Assembly: GCA_030295235.1 (NCBI GenBank)
Contig: AP026125.1
Location: forward strand, 2,232,001 to 2,273,850
Length of the DNA: 41,850 nt
From: Fistulifera solaris
Taxonomy: Eukaryota
Direction of reading: 5' to 3'
Shown: in pieces, positions 1 to 12,581 of the stretch
Position numbering within the stretch: position 1 is the stretch's first letter
Layout of the letters: every line of letters begins with the position of its first letter
The notes under the pieces: generated by a model
The model's input: only the letters and a program-made list of their open reading frames with translations
Told to the model about the DNA's origin: nothing
Database searches by the model: none
Made by a program: the position numbers and the translations under genes

Positions 1-1532
1 CTCTTCCGTCGGACACCCAAGACATCCTTGGCACCAGCAGAGGTGGAGACTGCCGTGTCTTCGAGCAAAATACAATGACCACTATAGGATCAGAAGTAGC
101 TGATCGTCACTTGCCACGCGCATGACAGGATATCCGGCCTCTTACCACAACAATGAAGAGCCTGTGTTCTTTACTGATGATGCGAATGACCGGCTTCTTT
201 ATGTATTACTCAATGCCCAATACAAAGTACATTATTCTACTTCAAGAATAGCAACTCGTGCTTTATGCTTTATCCGTCCCTTCTTCCTTCCTCCCCGAAA
301 TCCAGTCATCGGATGTTCCAGGAACCGAAAGTCCGAGAAACGGTATTGATAATACTGAAGTACATAGGGACGAGATCCCTACTGAAATGCCTCGTCTATT
401 TTTTCGATGTTTCTTGCTTAGCGTCGTAATTCTACAATGTATCTGTGAATAAACATGACCTCCACCACGATACATTATTTTACTATACTTGTAAGAACAT
501 TAGCAAGAAAAATGTACATCCGGAAAATAGGCGTTAGGCGTGGCTTGCGCTTGCCTAACTCCCAACGCGCGCTGCGTTTTAATTTTTTTTAATGGAAGGA
601 CGAAGGACTTAACCAGGTACCAGGTACATACTACGTAGTACGTAGTCTATTGACATCCGGTTGTCGGAGTTTTTTTAGTCGGTTCAATCTAAAGAATTCT
701 TTAGGTTCAATTGCCTTTATTTTTTCTCGATTTGTCGTCTATTGTCTATTGCCTAACAGCAATAAGAGACGGTTATATCTAGTTATACATCATACCTCAT
801 ACTCTACCTCCTCTCTCTCTCTCCTCTCAGCGAGCAAAGAGCAGAGAGCAGAGAGCAGAGAGACATCCTAAATGCGAAATCGGATGCAAGATACAAAAAA
901 TTACGGAGTATAATGCAACATGCAACATGCAAGATGCAAGTAATTCTTACGTACTTGCCCAGTTTATTTTGTAGGAGTAACATGTAACATGTAACGTAGA
1001 CCTGTCTAGCTAGTTGAAAGTTGAAATTGAATTAACCGGTCGATACAAGACAAGTGCCCTTGTTTTTCTACCGGTATCTTTTTATGTACCATGGCTGAGC
1101 GAATCTTCGAAAGCCCATTGCCCGAAAAAAATGAAGAAATAGCCCTCTCATTCATCTAAACTCTTAACTCATGTAGCCCTTGCTCCTTCCTCACACGACT
1201 CATGATTGAAACTCAGTCGTGGTGTCGTTCAACCTTTACACACACTCGCACGAGGGGCATGGGGTTAAAGACAACGACCCGCAGGCTTTTATCTAGAATG
1301 GTTCTGAGATGTAAACGCATGAGTAAAATGGGATGGATTTTGTTTTTGAGTTAATTCGCGTCCGCGACGCGTCTGGCCTCGTCCGTCAACTTTTCGGGGT
1401 AGATACGAAAGGACGATTGATGATCGATGATCGAGGACCATGAGAAGATTATGAAGACGCTCTCATTATTTTTCTTTATAGAGCGTTTTTCGTGATTATT
1501 GATTGTTTAAAATTAAGTGACGACGGAGTAGG

Positions 1533-3168
1533 ATGAATTCGACTAGTATTGCTCCATCTTCATCACCGTCAACAGTTCAAAAACAAGCTGCCGCTTTGGG
1601 TGCTCTCGTACATCGCTCAGCGTGGGCGACATCGAATCCAAATCCTTTGACTCGCTTAGCTCTACACAATGTACGCTCCGCTTTCGGAGAATGTGTCGAA
1701 GTCGTTGCTGATATATTGCAAGCGAAAGGCGGACGCACGTTGCGGCAATTACTTCTTTTGTTAAAACCGGAAATGGATGCTTCGACAGTACGGGCGGCGC
1801 TACTCGTCTTGATGCAACACAGTTTAGTGTCGTTTCAACCGTCGACCAATATCTATAACTTTCATTTAGAGGCGGCTTTACGTATTCTGCGGTGGCCGCG
1901 CTACTTGGAATGCACCAAAAAGTTCGTGGATGAAACTGCGGCTTGGGTTTTAGAGTCTTTAATGTTGCAAGGACGATGGAGGACCGTCGATCTTCTCACA
2001 CACGTGTCGGCGCCGAAGAAGTCGGATCGATATACATCACGTGAACAAGTTTTACAAGCGTTGTATAAACTCGTTCAAATGGGGTGTGTGATACCGGCCA
2101 AGCCACTCGCTTCGCCCCTAGACGAAGAGGAAGAGCAGGAACTAATTGTTGACTGTAAAGTTACGGAAGAACCACTCACGAAGCGAGTCAAAATCGAAGA
2201 ACCTTTTTCCACGAATGAAGAAAATTACGAAGATTTCACCATCATTGCCTTGCTAGAAGGATCAGCGCATTATAAGGCTACATTGCCGGTCGATACTGTT
2301 TGGAAAGTCAACGCTGCATACTTTCATGATCGACTTCGTGCCAATACCTTGGGGAAACTTGTACACGAACGCTTTGGAGGTAAAATACCATCTTGTGGAA
2401 GTTTTGTGCAAGCTGCTTTGCTGCATCGTCTCACGCTCAAACATGGAAAACAACATTCTGAGCGAATTGATGCGTCCTTGTTTACGCCCCAAGATGTGAT
2501 TCAACACATGCCAAAGCCCGTCTTGCAAACGCTCGAAAAAAAGATCCGGCGGTGTGCTCAACAATTTGACCTTGTCTCTTCAGGAATTATCTCGTCTACA
2601 ACACCCAACGGTTCTTCGGTTGCACGCTGACGACCTGTTTGAAGTAGACATTACAAGTTTGATGGAATACCTTCACAAACGGATGGCACACAAGATTGTG
2701 TGTGATCGCAGCGGAGAGACCGCTGGCCGAATCTTATCAATTTTATCTGTTTTGGGATCTTTGGAGAGCGATAAAATTGCTCAACACGCCATGGTACCCG
2801 TCAAAGATACGCGAGAGATACTGCATAGAATGTATCGACAAAACTATTTGGAACTCATGACGTTGAATCGTTCGGCATCAACGTCGATGCAACACTATGT
2901 TTGGTCGGTATCGGAACAGTTCTCACAAGTGATTGTACGTGATACAGCACATGCTCTTTACAATCTGCGATTGCGTCGTCAGCGACAAGTGCAAGTTGGG
3001 AAGGAATGGATTGAACGAGCACAACGAGCCGCTGTTACGGAAGAAAATGATCATGAAACGGATCGAGTGAACTATCAGAAGTTTTGTGTAGGATTGGAGC
3101 GCTTGGATCATGCGGTCTTGCAATTGGATGAAATGCTCATGGTTTTGCGAGATTTTCAGTTGCGATAA
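1533..3168 (+). CDS. RPC3: RNA polymerase III subunit RPC3 (C82/RPC62 family); one frameshift near 2536-2550
   Basis: ORFs 1533..2630 and 2554..3168 join just after an A7 run. N-terminal winged-helix-like region (FGECVEVVADILQAKGGRTL...VRAALLVLMQHSLV...LRILRWPRYL) and C-terminal 'GETAGRILSIL...LESDKIAQHAMVPVKDTREILHRMYRQNYL' resemble C82/RPC62. Confidence 0.85.
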
Positions 3169-3745
3169 AACAGTCATGCTTAACATGGGCACAACATATG
3201 TATAAGTCAAGCGAGAGTTGCGTGTCCGTGGATTATTCTACAGTCATGTGCTGATTCCAGATCTGCTAATTGAACTTGAACTGGTGTGCTCGTTACCAGT
3301 TAATTGTTTTTTTAGTATGCTGCCGATCCTGATACATTACCTAGTACTATCGTTTACGCCGTCATGGTCGCCTTTATTAGTCTAGTTTACCGCAAAATCT
3401 GTTGTTTTCTGCTTCTTTTTGAATTCGACCCTTTTTAGGACTAGACGTAGTTAATGGAAGCACTATAATAGCTTAACTCACAAGTTCCGGGACTGCAACC
3501 CATCCTAGTCACGTGACCCTCAGCTACTCTATCCTCCACAGTAGAAATTGAGCTGAATGAGCTGTATTTTACATGCCAAACAAACTTTCGTCGTCAACAG
3601 GAAACGAAGTCATCGCCCTTGAATAAGAAAGACAAGGCGTTCAGTGCAAAGGAAGCCATTAAAAAGCCCATCGTTTGCTAAAATCGGTCGCGAAGGAAAG
3701 GTTGATTTATCGCTCTATTATAAGCAAAGAAATTGACGAAAAATA

Positions 3746-4207
3746 ATGATGAAGCTTTTCCTTCAATCAATTCAATTTTTGTCGTTTTTTCTTCTAGCGA
3801 ACGGCTTTCATGTTGCTAAACGGAATGAAAGAGAATTCGTGACTCTACATACAGCTCAATCTACGGCATCCTCGCGACGACAATGGCTCCTGCAAACTTC
3901 TTCGGCTTTACTTTCTTTGACCGGCGTCGCTCCATCCATCGCAGCTGTTTCGAATGATTCGCAGCGCACTATCTATATTACAGGAAAACCTCCGATATTG
4001 CCCGGAGAATCGAGTCAAGCTAAGAGTAACAACAGCAATACGCAAGGTACACGCAAAGATCCCAATTTTTTGCGCAGTATTTCCGACTGTAAGAGTCAGT
4101 GTGAGTTGCAAGGCACGAAATCAAAAGAGGAATGTTTAAGCGAGTGTCAGGATATTTGCTGCAAAACGTATGAGCAATGTACATTTGCAATTGTGCCCAG
4201 GATTTAA
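3746..4207 (+). CDS. Small Cys-rich protein, probably targeted to the plastid thylakoid lumen
   Basis: Signal peptide ending LLANG-F, an S/T-rich transit region, then twin-Arg SSRRQWL + hydrophobic stretch + AxA-like site. The C-terminus has 7 Cys (DCKSQC...ECLSECQDICCKTYEQC). Confidence 0.7.
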   Translation: MMKLFLQSIQFLSFFLLANGFHVAKRNEREFVTLHTAQSTASSRRQWLLQTSSALLSLTGVAPSIAAVSNDSQRTIYITGKPPILPGESSQAKSNNSNTQGTRKDPNFLRSISDCKSQCELQGTKSKEECLSECQDICCKTYEQCTFAIVPRI

Positions 4208-4346
4208 CATGAAAGTCAATGCTCGGTTTTCAGACTAAAACTAAATTATATATGGAGTATTTATATAAATAAACTACGCAGGTAATATCAACTTTCTTCT
4301 CACGGTTGGATAACTTCTTCCTCGGTTCTCGCTTCCATTGCGTCTG

Positions 4347-6443
4347 CTATTCAGTTTTGTATTGAAAGTGCTCTGATGTTTGACCAACGCCTGGATTCAA
4401 TACATTCAAAGGGTCCAAGTACTGCCATTTGCGTTGCGTCTCCGGAGGTGCCTTGTATTCAGTACCATGGCCGTGTTCGGCGGGCAATCTCCCTCCACAG
4501 TCATGTTCTACAATATGTTTGAACGCATATTTAGCAGCATCCAGGTCAACATCTCGTGCATAGGCCAAATCTTCGTGAACAACATTACAAGCAAAGTGAG
4601 AGTACCGCATGCGACGGAGCGGTTGTGGTTGGTCGATGGGCGGGGCGAGACCACCGGACACAGGCAATGCGTAATCGACAGAGTAACCTTGAACGCCTTC
4701 TCCGACACACCAAGTTCGAAAGGCGGGTGCGGCGACGAAACGAAATGCTGTCAAGGCTGGCACTTGGGATGGCGAACACTCATAAGTCTCAACTTTCGAA
4801 GGATGCTGTGCGAGAAAATTTTGCAGTCGTTGTTCGAAGCGAGTCAGGCTGTTTTGATTTCTGTCGGTGTTCGAAGCTTCCGAATTGTCGTCGTGATCCG
4901 TATCGTCGAAATCCCCGACCGTAACCACAACGTGGTGATCCCATTTGTGTCCAAGTTTTTGAATAGGTGACGGTAAAAGCGGAGGGACCGCATTATTGAT
5001 GAAGTGCAACCACTGATCGACGAGAAATGGAAAACCCGCACCTTCAATTGCCAATTTAACGTTCCACAAGCGTGATACAATGGGACTACTCGTTCCCAAA
5101 AAAGCGATCATTTTCCCCAGAAAACGTCCGGAACGGTCAATAATATCAAATGAATCTCGGTCAAGGTACTCACACGAAATCGGAACATCGTTCGGATTAT
5201 TCAGACAGACTTGCTTTCTAAATTGCAGTGCTGTTTCTAGTTGATCAAACGACAACCAAAGTGTCTTGGTTTGCTTCGGTTTGGGAAATGTATCATGAAC
5301 TGTCGCCAACAAGATTACTTTGCCCTCCGAACGAACGAATTCTGGTCCGGACGTATCGGCGTTGTATCGACTGATACGACTTGCCTGCTTTTGCTGCTTA
5401 TCGTTCTCATCGTGTGCACATAGTCGCTCTTTGTAGTGAACATCTCGGGCTGGTCTGGCGTTGGGAGTACTGTATCTAAAATTCTGTGCGTATCCTTCTT
5501 GTATCCATCGACTCCACGTATCGACCCGATATGGGACACTATCCATGACCAGTCGACTGCGAGGATTCGGGTCATCTTCTAATCCTTCGATATCTAACGT
5601 GTTGACGATTTCCACGACATTCTCTTTCCATTTGTTTTGCGTGACTTTGAGATACAGAGCGCGTTCCGTGTAGGCCGGTCCTTTCCTACACTGTGTGCCT
5701 CCACTGCCCAAGGCAACTCCCGCCGCCGCGGTCGGATTCAAAAACGTGCTTCCCAAGGTGCTATGAGTTTCTCGGTCGGGAAAGTACTGCTGCAAAAACA
5801 GTTGCAATTGCGCCAAACCAGCTCCAGCGAGGCAGCAAACACGTTTCCCGTCGTCCAAGGGGAAGATGCTGTTTAGTTTCTTGAGACTCAAGACGACAAT
5901 AGGACGAGAATCAGTCGAGTATCGAGGAACCGATCCTCCAGTCAAACCCGTATTTGCTCCTTGGGGTACAATCACAGCACCGGCATCGACAACGGCTTTT
6001 ACAATACTAACCACATGATGCAGATGTTCGGGAGTTACAATACACAAGCAGGGCGCGCCACCCAAACGAGCACCTTTTAAATAAGCCTGTGTCTTGGAAT
6101 TGAGAAGAGAACCGTCGATTACCAGATGATCTTCGCCGACGATCTTGCGTAATTGCTGTACGAGTTCTTTTTCCTGTTCGGGTGAAAGCGTCGATTTTCG
6201 TTCGTTCTCTTGACAGCAAGTACGCGGCAATCCGTTCGGTAAAACGCGTTCGTGCTGCTGATGTTCTTCTGGTGACGAAGACGATTGATAGGTTCCCACT
6301 AGATATCCCGCAGTCAATGAAGTAATAGTTAAAGCTGCAGCCGCGCGATGAGAAACGCCTTTTGCGATGATTGTTGTGTTTGCTGACTTTGTTGAATGAA
6401 AACGCGCACTGTGACGCCAAGCATAGTGATTTATACGATGCAT
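4347..6443 (-). CDS. dld: FAD-dependent D-lactate dehydrogenase, bacterial quinone-dependent Dld type, with a probable mitochondrial presequence
   Basis: Intact 698-aa ORF. Motifs QGANTGLTGGSVP, GSGG...RKGPAYTE, LPAEHGHGTEYKA and DPLNVLNPGVGQTS resemble E. coli-type Dld. R/S/H-rich N-terminus with no acidic residues. Confidence 0.85.
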   Translation of the reverse strand: MHRINHYAWRHSARFHSTKSANTTIIAKGVSHRAAAALTITSLTAGYLVGTYQSSSSPEEHQQHERVLPNGLPRTCCQENERKSTLSPEQEKELVQQLRKIVGEDHLVIDGSLLNSKTQAYLKGARLGGAPCLCIVTPEHLHHVVSIVKAVVDAGAVIVPQGANTGLTGGSVPRYSTDSRPIVVLSLKKLNSIFPLDDGKRVCCLAGAGLAQLQLFLQQYFPDRETHSTLGSTFLNPTAAAGVALGSGGTQCRKGPAYTERALYLKVTQNKWKENVVEIVNTLDIEGLEDDPNPRSRLVMDSVPYRVDTWSRWIQEGYAQNFRYSTPNARPARDVHYKERLCAHDENDKQQKQASRISRYNADTSGPEFVRSEGKVILLATVHDTFPKPKQTKTLWLSFDQLETALQFRKQVCLNNPNDVPISCEYLDRDSFDIIDRSGRFLGKMIAFLGTSSPIVSRLWNVKLAIEGAGFPFLVDQWLHFINNAVPPLLPSPIQKLGHKWDHHVVVTVGDFDDTDHDDNSEASNTDRNQNSLTRFEQRLQNFLAQHPSKVETYECSPSQVPALTAFRFVAAPAFRTWCVGEGVQGYSVDYALPVSGGLAPPIDQPQPLRRMRYSHFACNVVHEDLAYARDVDLDAAKYAFKHIVEHDCGGRLPAEHGHGTEYKAPPETQRKWQYLDPLNVLNPGVGQTSEHFQYKTE

Positions 6444-7355
6444 TCTTGCGGAGAGAGTGACGAGGGAGAAATAAAAATGAACTATTGTTTAAAAGATGTA
6501 TTTGAGGCGCTACATCAGGCAAATGATAGGAGTAATGATTTCATTCGAATAGAAAATTTCGCGTTCGATGATACACGCGATGCGGCCGATAATAGGGACG
6601 CGAGGCTTCACCACGACTGCATTTAGCCGTGAGTCACGAACCCTTTTCTTTTCCTATAGACGGCGTTCAGCTGCTAAAAATAGCAGCGACAGTCTCAGAC
6701 ATTCGCAAGGTATCTTAGGTGAAGATCCTGCTAGGTCGACGCTTCTTTTAATATACATTTTTTAAATTTTAAATATTGCAGTCGAAAATCGACCCAACTC
6801 GATTAAAACCTACGTTACAATACTCCCAGAGTGTAGGCGACCTTTTTCCGACTGCATTTCAGTCCCCAGTCATTTCATGATAATTTGTCGGACCGGTAAA
6901 TCTCATTTAGAGACACGTTTCTTCGGCAAACCTGCAACAACTATCGACCGCCTCTAGAGTCTAGTCTAACCTTACCGCAATGAAGAACAACGAACTCATC
7001 ATTTTTCAAAAATAAATCATCATTATTCATTGTGCAGCAAGTTTCGTCATGGAAGAATCATAATAATAATTAAAGCAGGGCTAAGCTCAGCAGACTTTAG
7101 AGACTAATCTCTAAAAAAACGGCGGTGATCTAGAATAGCATGATGCTACTTTACAGGACAGAAAGATTTGTTTGTTGTTAGCCCAGAATAAACTCGAACT
7201 TTCCCGGAAACACCAATCGCCTTAATGTCTCGGATGCCAAAGTCATGTCGTGATGTATAGAAATGTAAATATGTAATTGTATGAGTGATCGTGCTTGATG
7301 AAGACCCAGCATAGCAGCATAGATTTCAACTTCTTCATCGTCGTCTGCCAAGTTC

Positions 7356-8106
7356 TTAAGACAAGCACAGCTCTTCTTCTATCGGTAGATCGACATAATT
7401 GGGACCGACGGACCAAAGTTCAGGGCGAAGTCCCGACAATCCTCCGCTTGGCTCGCAAGTTGTTAACGGAGAGCCAATTGACGGAGCTTCTGAAACAGGT
7501 TGCGGCAGGATACGCTGTACAATAGACTGTAGTCCTCGCAATTCGGAACGCGTATTGTCCAATTGCCGCTGTAAACGCTCTACTTCCTGGCGCAAATCTT
7601 CTACACCAGCTGCTGTTCGTGGTGGAGCTCCGCCTTTTCGAATGCAACGAAGGAGATCGGGACGATCACGTTGAAAATATGGATGATGAAAAGCCACGCC
7701 GTGTTCGGTCAGATCGTCCCATTTCACCTTTCGAAATCCGTACAAGTTTAATTGACGAACGAATGAGCTCATTTTCTGGTGATTAAAATAGCGCGGGACA
7801 AATTCATTCTGGAACGTCATGATATCTTCAATCACAAAAGACAACCCATCGTCGGACCTGAGAGGAGTAGAACACAAAATTAGCGGAAGCGCGACATGGC
7901 AGTAACCGATTGCAAAGAAACGTACCATGTTGCTACATTCGGGTCGCAAGTGTTTACAAGCTCGTAAGTTTTCTGTTACGATGAGAAAGGAAAAATGAGT
8001 GAGACTCGCATCCTCCCGACTTCCTAGGAATAATCACCGAACAACATCAACTTACTCGAAGAAACATGGCTGGCGTTGACTCAAAAGGGGTAGTTTCCAT
8101 TGTCAT
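7356..8106 (-). CDS. Heat-shock transcription factor (HSF DNA-binding domain + coiled coil), 3 exons: 8106-8056, 7972-7926, 7857-7356
   Basis: Splicing two GT-AG introns gives MTMETTPFESTPAMFLR|KTYELVNTCDPNVATW|SDDGLSFVI...YFNHQKMSSFVRQLNLYGFRK...FHHPYFQRDRPDLL, a canonical HSF domain followed by a heptad region. Confidence 0.92.
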
Positions 8107-8701
8107 CGTACTTGATTTTTTAACTTGTTCTTTGAAAATGGAGGAGGGGATGGAGAGAATCGTACAAGTTGAAATTGCACAAATATTTCCGTGACGTTGA
8201 TTGGCTTCGCTCGTCGAGAAGTGTGACTTTGTGAACAAATTGGCAATTGGCTCAATCATCAATACGTGGAAGTGAACAACGCGAACTGATCATGTGGGCT
8301 TTAGCATCAAGTTCCTTTGTCGATGCACCGCGATGAATGAGCATCAATCATCCGCGTCAGAGGCAAAGTATCGTTTAAATTGTGAGACACTGATATTTCA
8401 TTCGGAATGCTTGTACACAATAGATCAGCTTCGCGCGCCGGGAAACTGGCCTTCCGATTTTTGATTCAACTTCAATGTGAAGGGGGTCGCGGCAAACACA
8501 AAAAGAAAATACGGAGTAGCGACATTGGCCAACGGCCGAAGACGATTTGCACTTTATTCTCTACATTTTACTCATCGTGCATTGCTTTACAAGCTCTTTC
8601 GTCCCCTTGCATCGAAACCTCTAGACTCTAGAGGTACGCCCAAAAATCTGCGAAACACGAAAGAGCGAACAACATAGACGTAAATAATTATTGGCGGGTC
8701 T

Positions 8702-11700
8702 TTACTCGACAACCTCCAACAATTCTTCGTCGTCGCGCTTTAACTCTTGTTGATTTGAATTGAGCCCCATAGAATCTTCATCATCGTTGTCATCGGCCAC
8801 AAAAGCGAGAGGATCTTTCACGGGATATCTGTTCATGATTTTCGCTGCTTTGCGGCACGCATAACGCAAGTCGGCATGTAATCCAGCGCTTGGATTGTTG
8901 CGGACAGGCTCAAAGGGTAAATTTGAAAACTGTCGCACAGCATCGAGGACTCGAGAAAGTGTGCGTGCTAGATCGCCCGGAGATTGTCCGGAAATACGCA
9001 AAGCTTCCTGCCACGAGCAACCAGAGGCCCAGGCAGTGACAACTTCGCAGTTTGAAATGTCTCTGTTGCGACATCACAAGTAAGGACCGGGGAATGTAAA
9101 GACATACAAAATAAACGACTTACAATGCACACTGGCGAGTATTGGTGTCGACATCATAATCTTTCTGCACCTGCATGAAGCGCTCCATAACTGTTAAAGA
9201 GCTCTCGATTACACGTTGTTGTTGTACAGAAAGCCGATGAAAAGTATCCAGCATTCCAGAGTTCTCTCTGTCGCTCCTTTCCGAAACCAGGCACGAGATA
9301 TAACCGGCCAGCTCAGCGGAGGGCAAGTTTAAAAGCAATCGCCTTAACTTCGCCGCTTCATCACTGGCTGACAGGAATTCTTGTGGAGAGATTATTGCAA
9401 CTGATGGGTCGCTCATAATTGATTCTGGATACAATTCGTCTTGTTCAAACTCATACATTTCCTTGCGAAACTCGTTGAATTTGTCCGAAACACCTACGAC
9501 GTCCCACGCTCCGCCCATTGCCACAAGAGCCCATAAAGAGTTATCCAAAGACAAGCGTCCGACGGTTTGGCCACCATGTGTAACCCGGTATTTTCCCTCG
9601 GTATCCTCCACCAAACATCCGTACGCTACCAAGGTTTTAATGATTGACAGAACGTCGTCCCATGCGTCAGGAACCAGGTCTTCTTCGACAGCCCAATCAG
9701 GCAAGGAGGGATCAGTCATTTTCGATTTCTTTTGTTGTGATTTCCTGCTTTTTCGTTGCGCTACTACTGCGGATTTGGCAAAATCGCTCAACTGATCAGC
9801 TTGCAGTACGCTGCCGTCTCTACTGAGCGTGGCTTGTTGCAAGGAATTCTGAAGTCGACGAGCCGATGGAGTCGATTCCAGCAGAGCATTATTAACAATT
9901 GACGTAACCATTGTGAATGGATGTTCTTGCAGTTGCGATAAAACTTGTTGTATTCTTTCATGCTGCGCTTCCATCTGGTGCTGTAAGTCGGCGTCAGTTT
10001 CACACAAAAAGTCGCCAAGCATAGACTGTCGGGAAGCCTCCTCCACCTCTTTCAAGTCAAAACATTCTTTTGCAAATATTGAAGAGTGGTCTCTTCCAAC
10101 TGCAACATTTGATGTAAGCCTTGAAAAGACTTGCTCGTTCTCTTAAGACTCTCTTTGTCATTAAATAGTTTCAAAATCTTGGCGATTGCCTTCGAGGAAA
10201 AGCTACGTTCTTCAAGAAGTTGCATCATGTCATTCCAAAATCGTTCTTGTGCCTCCAGATTATTCTCGCTTGTGTCAGCGTTTTCACTATTATTCACAGC
10301 GGTTGCTTCCGCTAGCTCTCGACGTTGCCACAAAGCAAACGATTTACGTATAAGCTCTTCAGCAACATTTAACTGACCTTGCCCTCTCTCGATTAATTGA
10401 ATTGCGAGTGTGTAAGAGGGACTGAATTGCGATTGAATTGGCAAGATGGGATCGGTCAGTATAGTAGCAGCCTGCTGATGCGATTCAAAAGGTGTGGCAA
10501 CAAGCACGCATGTTCCTGCATCATCCATTCCGCGGCGTCCAGCACGCCCCGCCATCTGTAAAACGTTGGCGGTTTCCAGCAGCTGAATAGAGCCTCCGGT
10601 CCCTGTGCGCTTGGCCATACTTAGTAACACAGTCGTCCGAGCAGGCATGTTGATTCCAGCCGCCAAAGTTTCCGTAGCAAAGACAACTGGGAGAAGTTGG
10701 TCTTGAAAAAGGCGTTCCACTAGCGACTTTTGAGCAGGTAAGAGGCCGGCATGATGCGAGCCAATTCCAAATAGAAACTGCTCACAAATTTGTGTATCCA
10801 AGGCGATTTCGGGATTTTCTGTATTGAATGTCTCCAGGCGCATGGAAACCTTTTCTACTTGAGTCTGATCGAGCAATCCGGCTGTAGCATAATAGTGCCA
10901 ATTTTTTTTTGGATAAGGGTGATTCACGATCATACGGTATGGAGTCATCAATACCAGCCTCGAAAATATCAGAAAGAACTGACTCCGACAAATAGTCACC
11001 TTTAGTCCGAAAGTTTCGCCCGAGTTTGTCCTGAAGGACGTTCTGGATTTTTAATTTGTTCTTTGAGCTTCGCGATCGCGTCGGGAAAGTCCGACGATTG
11101 TTGCCGAAGACGTCGTCTTCGTTTTCATCGTCTGAGAAATTGACATCAAGCAACCGATCACGCGGTCCTTTAAAATATTGATACAGACTGGTAGCCGCTT
11201 GATCGCATCCATTTCTACTGAAGAGGAAGAAGATAGCAGGTAATAGGTCCTTTTGTTGCAATCGCTGCACCAGTGCTGAGATACTCGGTACAGCTCGTCG
11301 CATTTCTTGTTTCAGTAAACGTTCTTTTTCACGGCGTTCTTCGCGCGGCGAAAGTGACTTTCGATTGTTTCCCCCATTGCTGTATTTGCTGTCATTTTCA
11401 TTATAGTTTCGTTTCGACTCATTGTTTCGTTTTTGATTTGTTTGTACCCGCCATGCGGCTTTCTGTCGTTCCAGTGTCCGCTGCACACGTTGCGCCCGTC
11501 GCTGTGCCGCTGCTTCGAGAGCAGGATTGACTTGTAATCCTTTCGGCAACTTTTCAACGGCAGTCAAAGCCTCCGGCATGGGCACGCCGAAACCACGTGA
11601 TGTCTGAAAGGAAGCGACGTCGCCACCTTTGCCATTGTTCGCACTGCTGACACCATCTCCTCGATAACCTAGCAACCCGAATCGCGCGCCTGGCCCAGCT

Positions 11701-12581
11701 TGGGCATTTCGAAATAAAGGATAAAGGCCATCTTGTGTGGCAAATAAATACTGCAGGGGCACCGGTCGTTCTTTTGTTTCAATAAGAACCGTTTGTCGTG
11801 ACGTGACACTCTCCATCCAGGCTCGTAAACTCGCGGCATTGGCCAAAGTTGCGGATAAACAAATAAGCTGCGTCGTATCAGGACAAGAAATGACACATTC
11901 TTCCCAGACTCCTCCACGTCCGGGATTACCGATGTAATGAAATTCGTCTAAAATGACTACCTGCGTCGAATCCGGATGTTCTTCTTCGCCCCGCCACACG
12001 CGATTTCGATAGACTTCCGTTGTCATGACACAAATATCCGCATCGGTCGACAAACTGACATCTCCTGTACTTAGCCCGCATCGATTTGGATAGATTTGTC
12101 GCAATTCCAAGTATTTTTGATTCGACAATGCCTTGAGCGGCGTTGTGTAGATTCCGCGTTGATTCCAGAGCAACGCCATTTCTCCCACTACGGTTTTCCC
12201 GGCTCCCGTCGGTGCACAAACAATGACGTGTCGTCCTTGCAGAATGGCTCCTCCTGCTTGACATTGCCAGTCATCGAGTGGGAAGCTGAAGTGTTGTTGA
12301 AAGAAAGCGCGTCCTTGTTTTGTGAATTCGATTGCTTCTTGTGTGTCAAGGGACGATGATGAAATCGAATTCGTTGTAGTAGATCTTAAAGCCGACAAAG
12401 AGAAAAATATTGAATTACTTGAGACTTCAAGTTGTCGTTGATTGTGTAAAAGGGGAGATTCGACAGCTAGAGATGCAGTTCTTTGATGAATCCATGACGG
12501 AGAATTCAAAAAGGCCCAAACAGAAATATTGCCTGCCTTTAGCAAGAAGCATGACAGCGAAAACACCAACGACCGCTTCAT
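8702..12581 (-). CDS. Ski2-like DExH RNA helicase (ISE2/HelY-like), probably plastid-targeted; frameshifts near 10905 and 10060, intron ~9063-9123
   Basis: Motifs APTGAGKT, YTTPLKALSNQK, DEFH, LSAT, HHAGLLP, ATETLAAGINMPART, QMAGRAGRRG and a DSHCT-like C-terminus (SPGDLARTLSRVLDAVRQ). ATG at 12581 gives a signal peptide ending VWA-F. Confidence 0.88.

Noticed and set aside
2530..2555. Programmed ribosomal frameshift in RPC3 at an A7 run
   Set aside because: Similar breaks occur in many unrelated genes in this window, so sequencing error is far more parsimonious.
4380..6522. Overlapping or antisense ORFs inside dld (e.g. 4380..4970, 6007..6522), and similar ones inside other genes
   Set aside because: Shadow ORFs of real coding sequence with no recognisable motifs.
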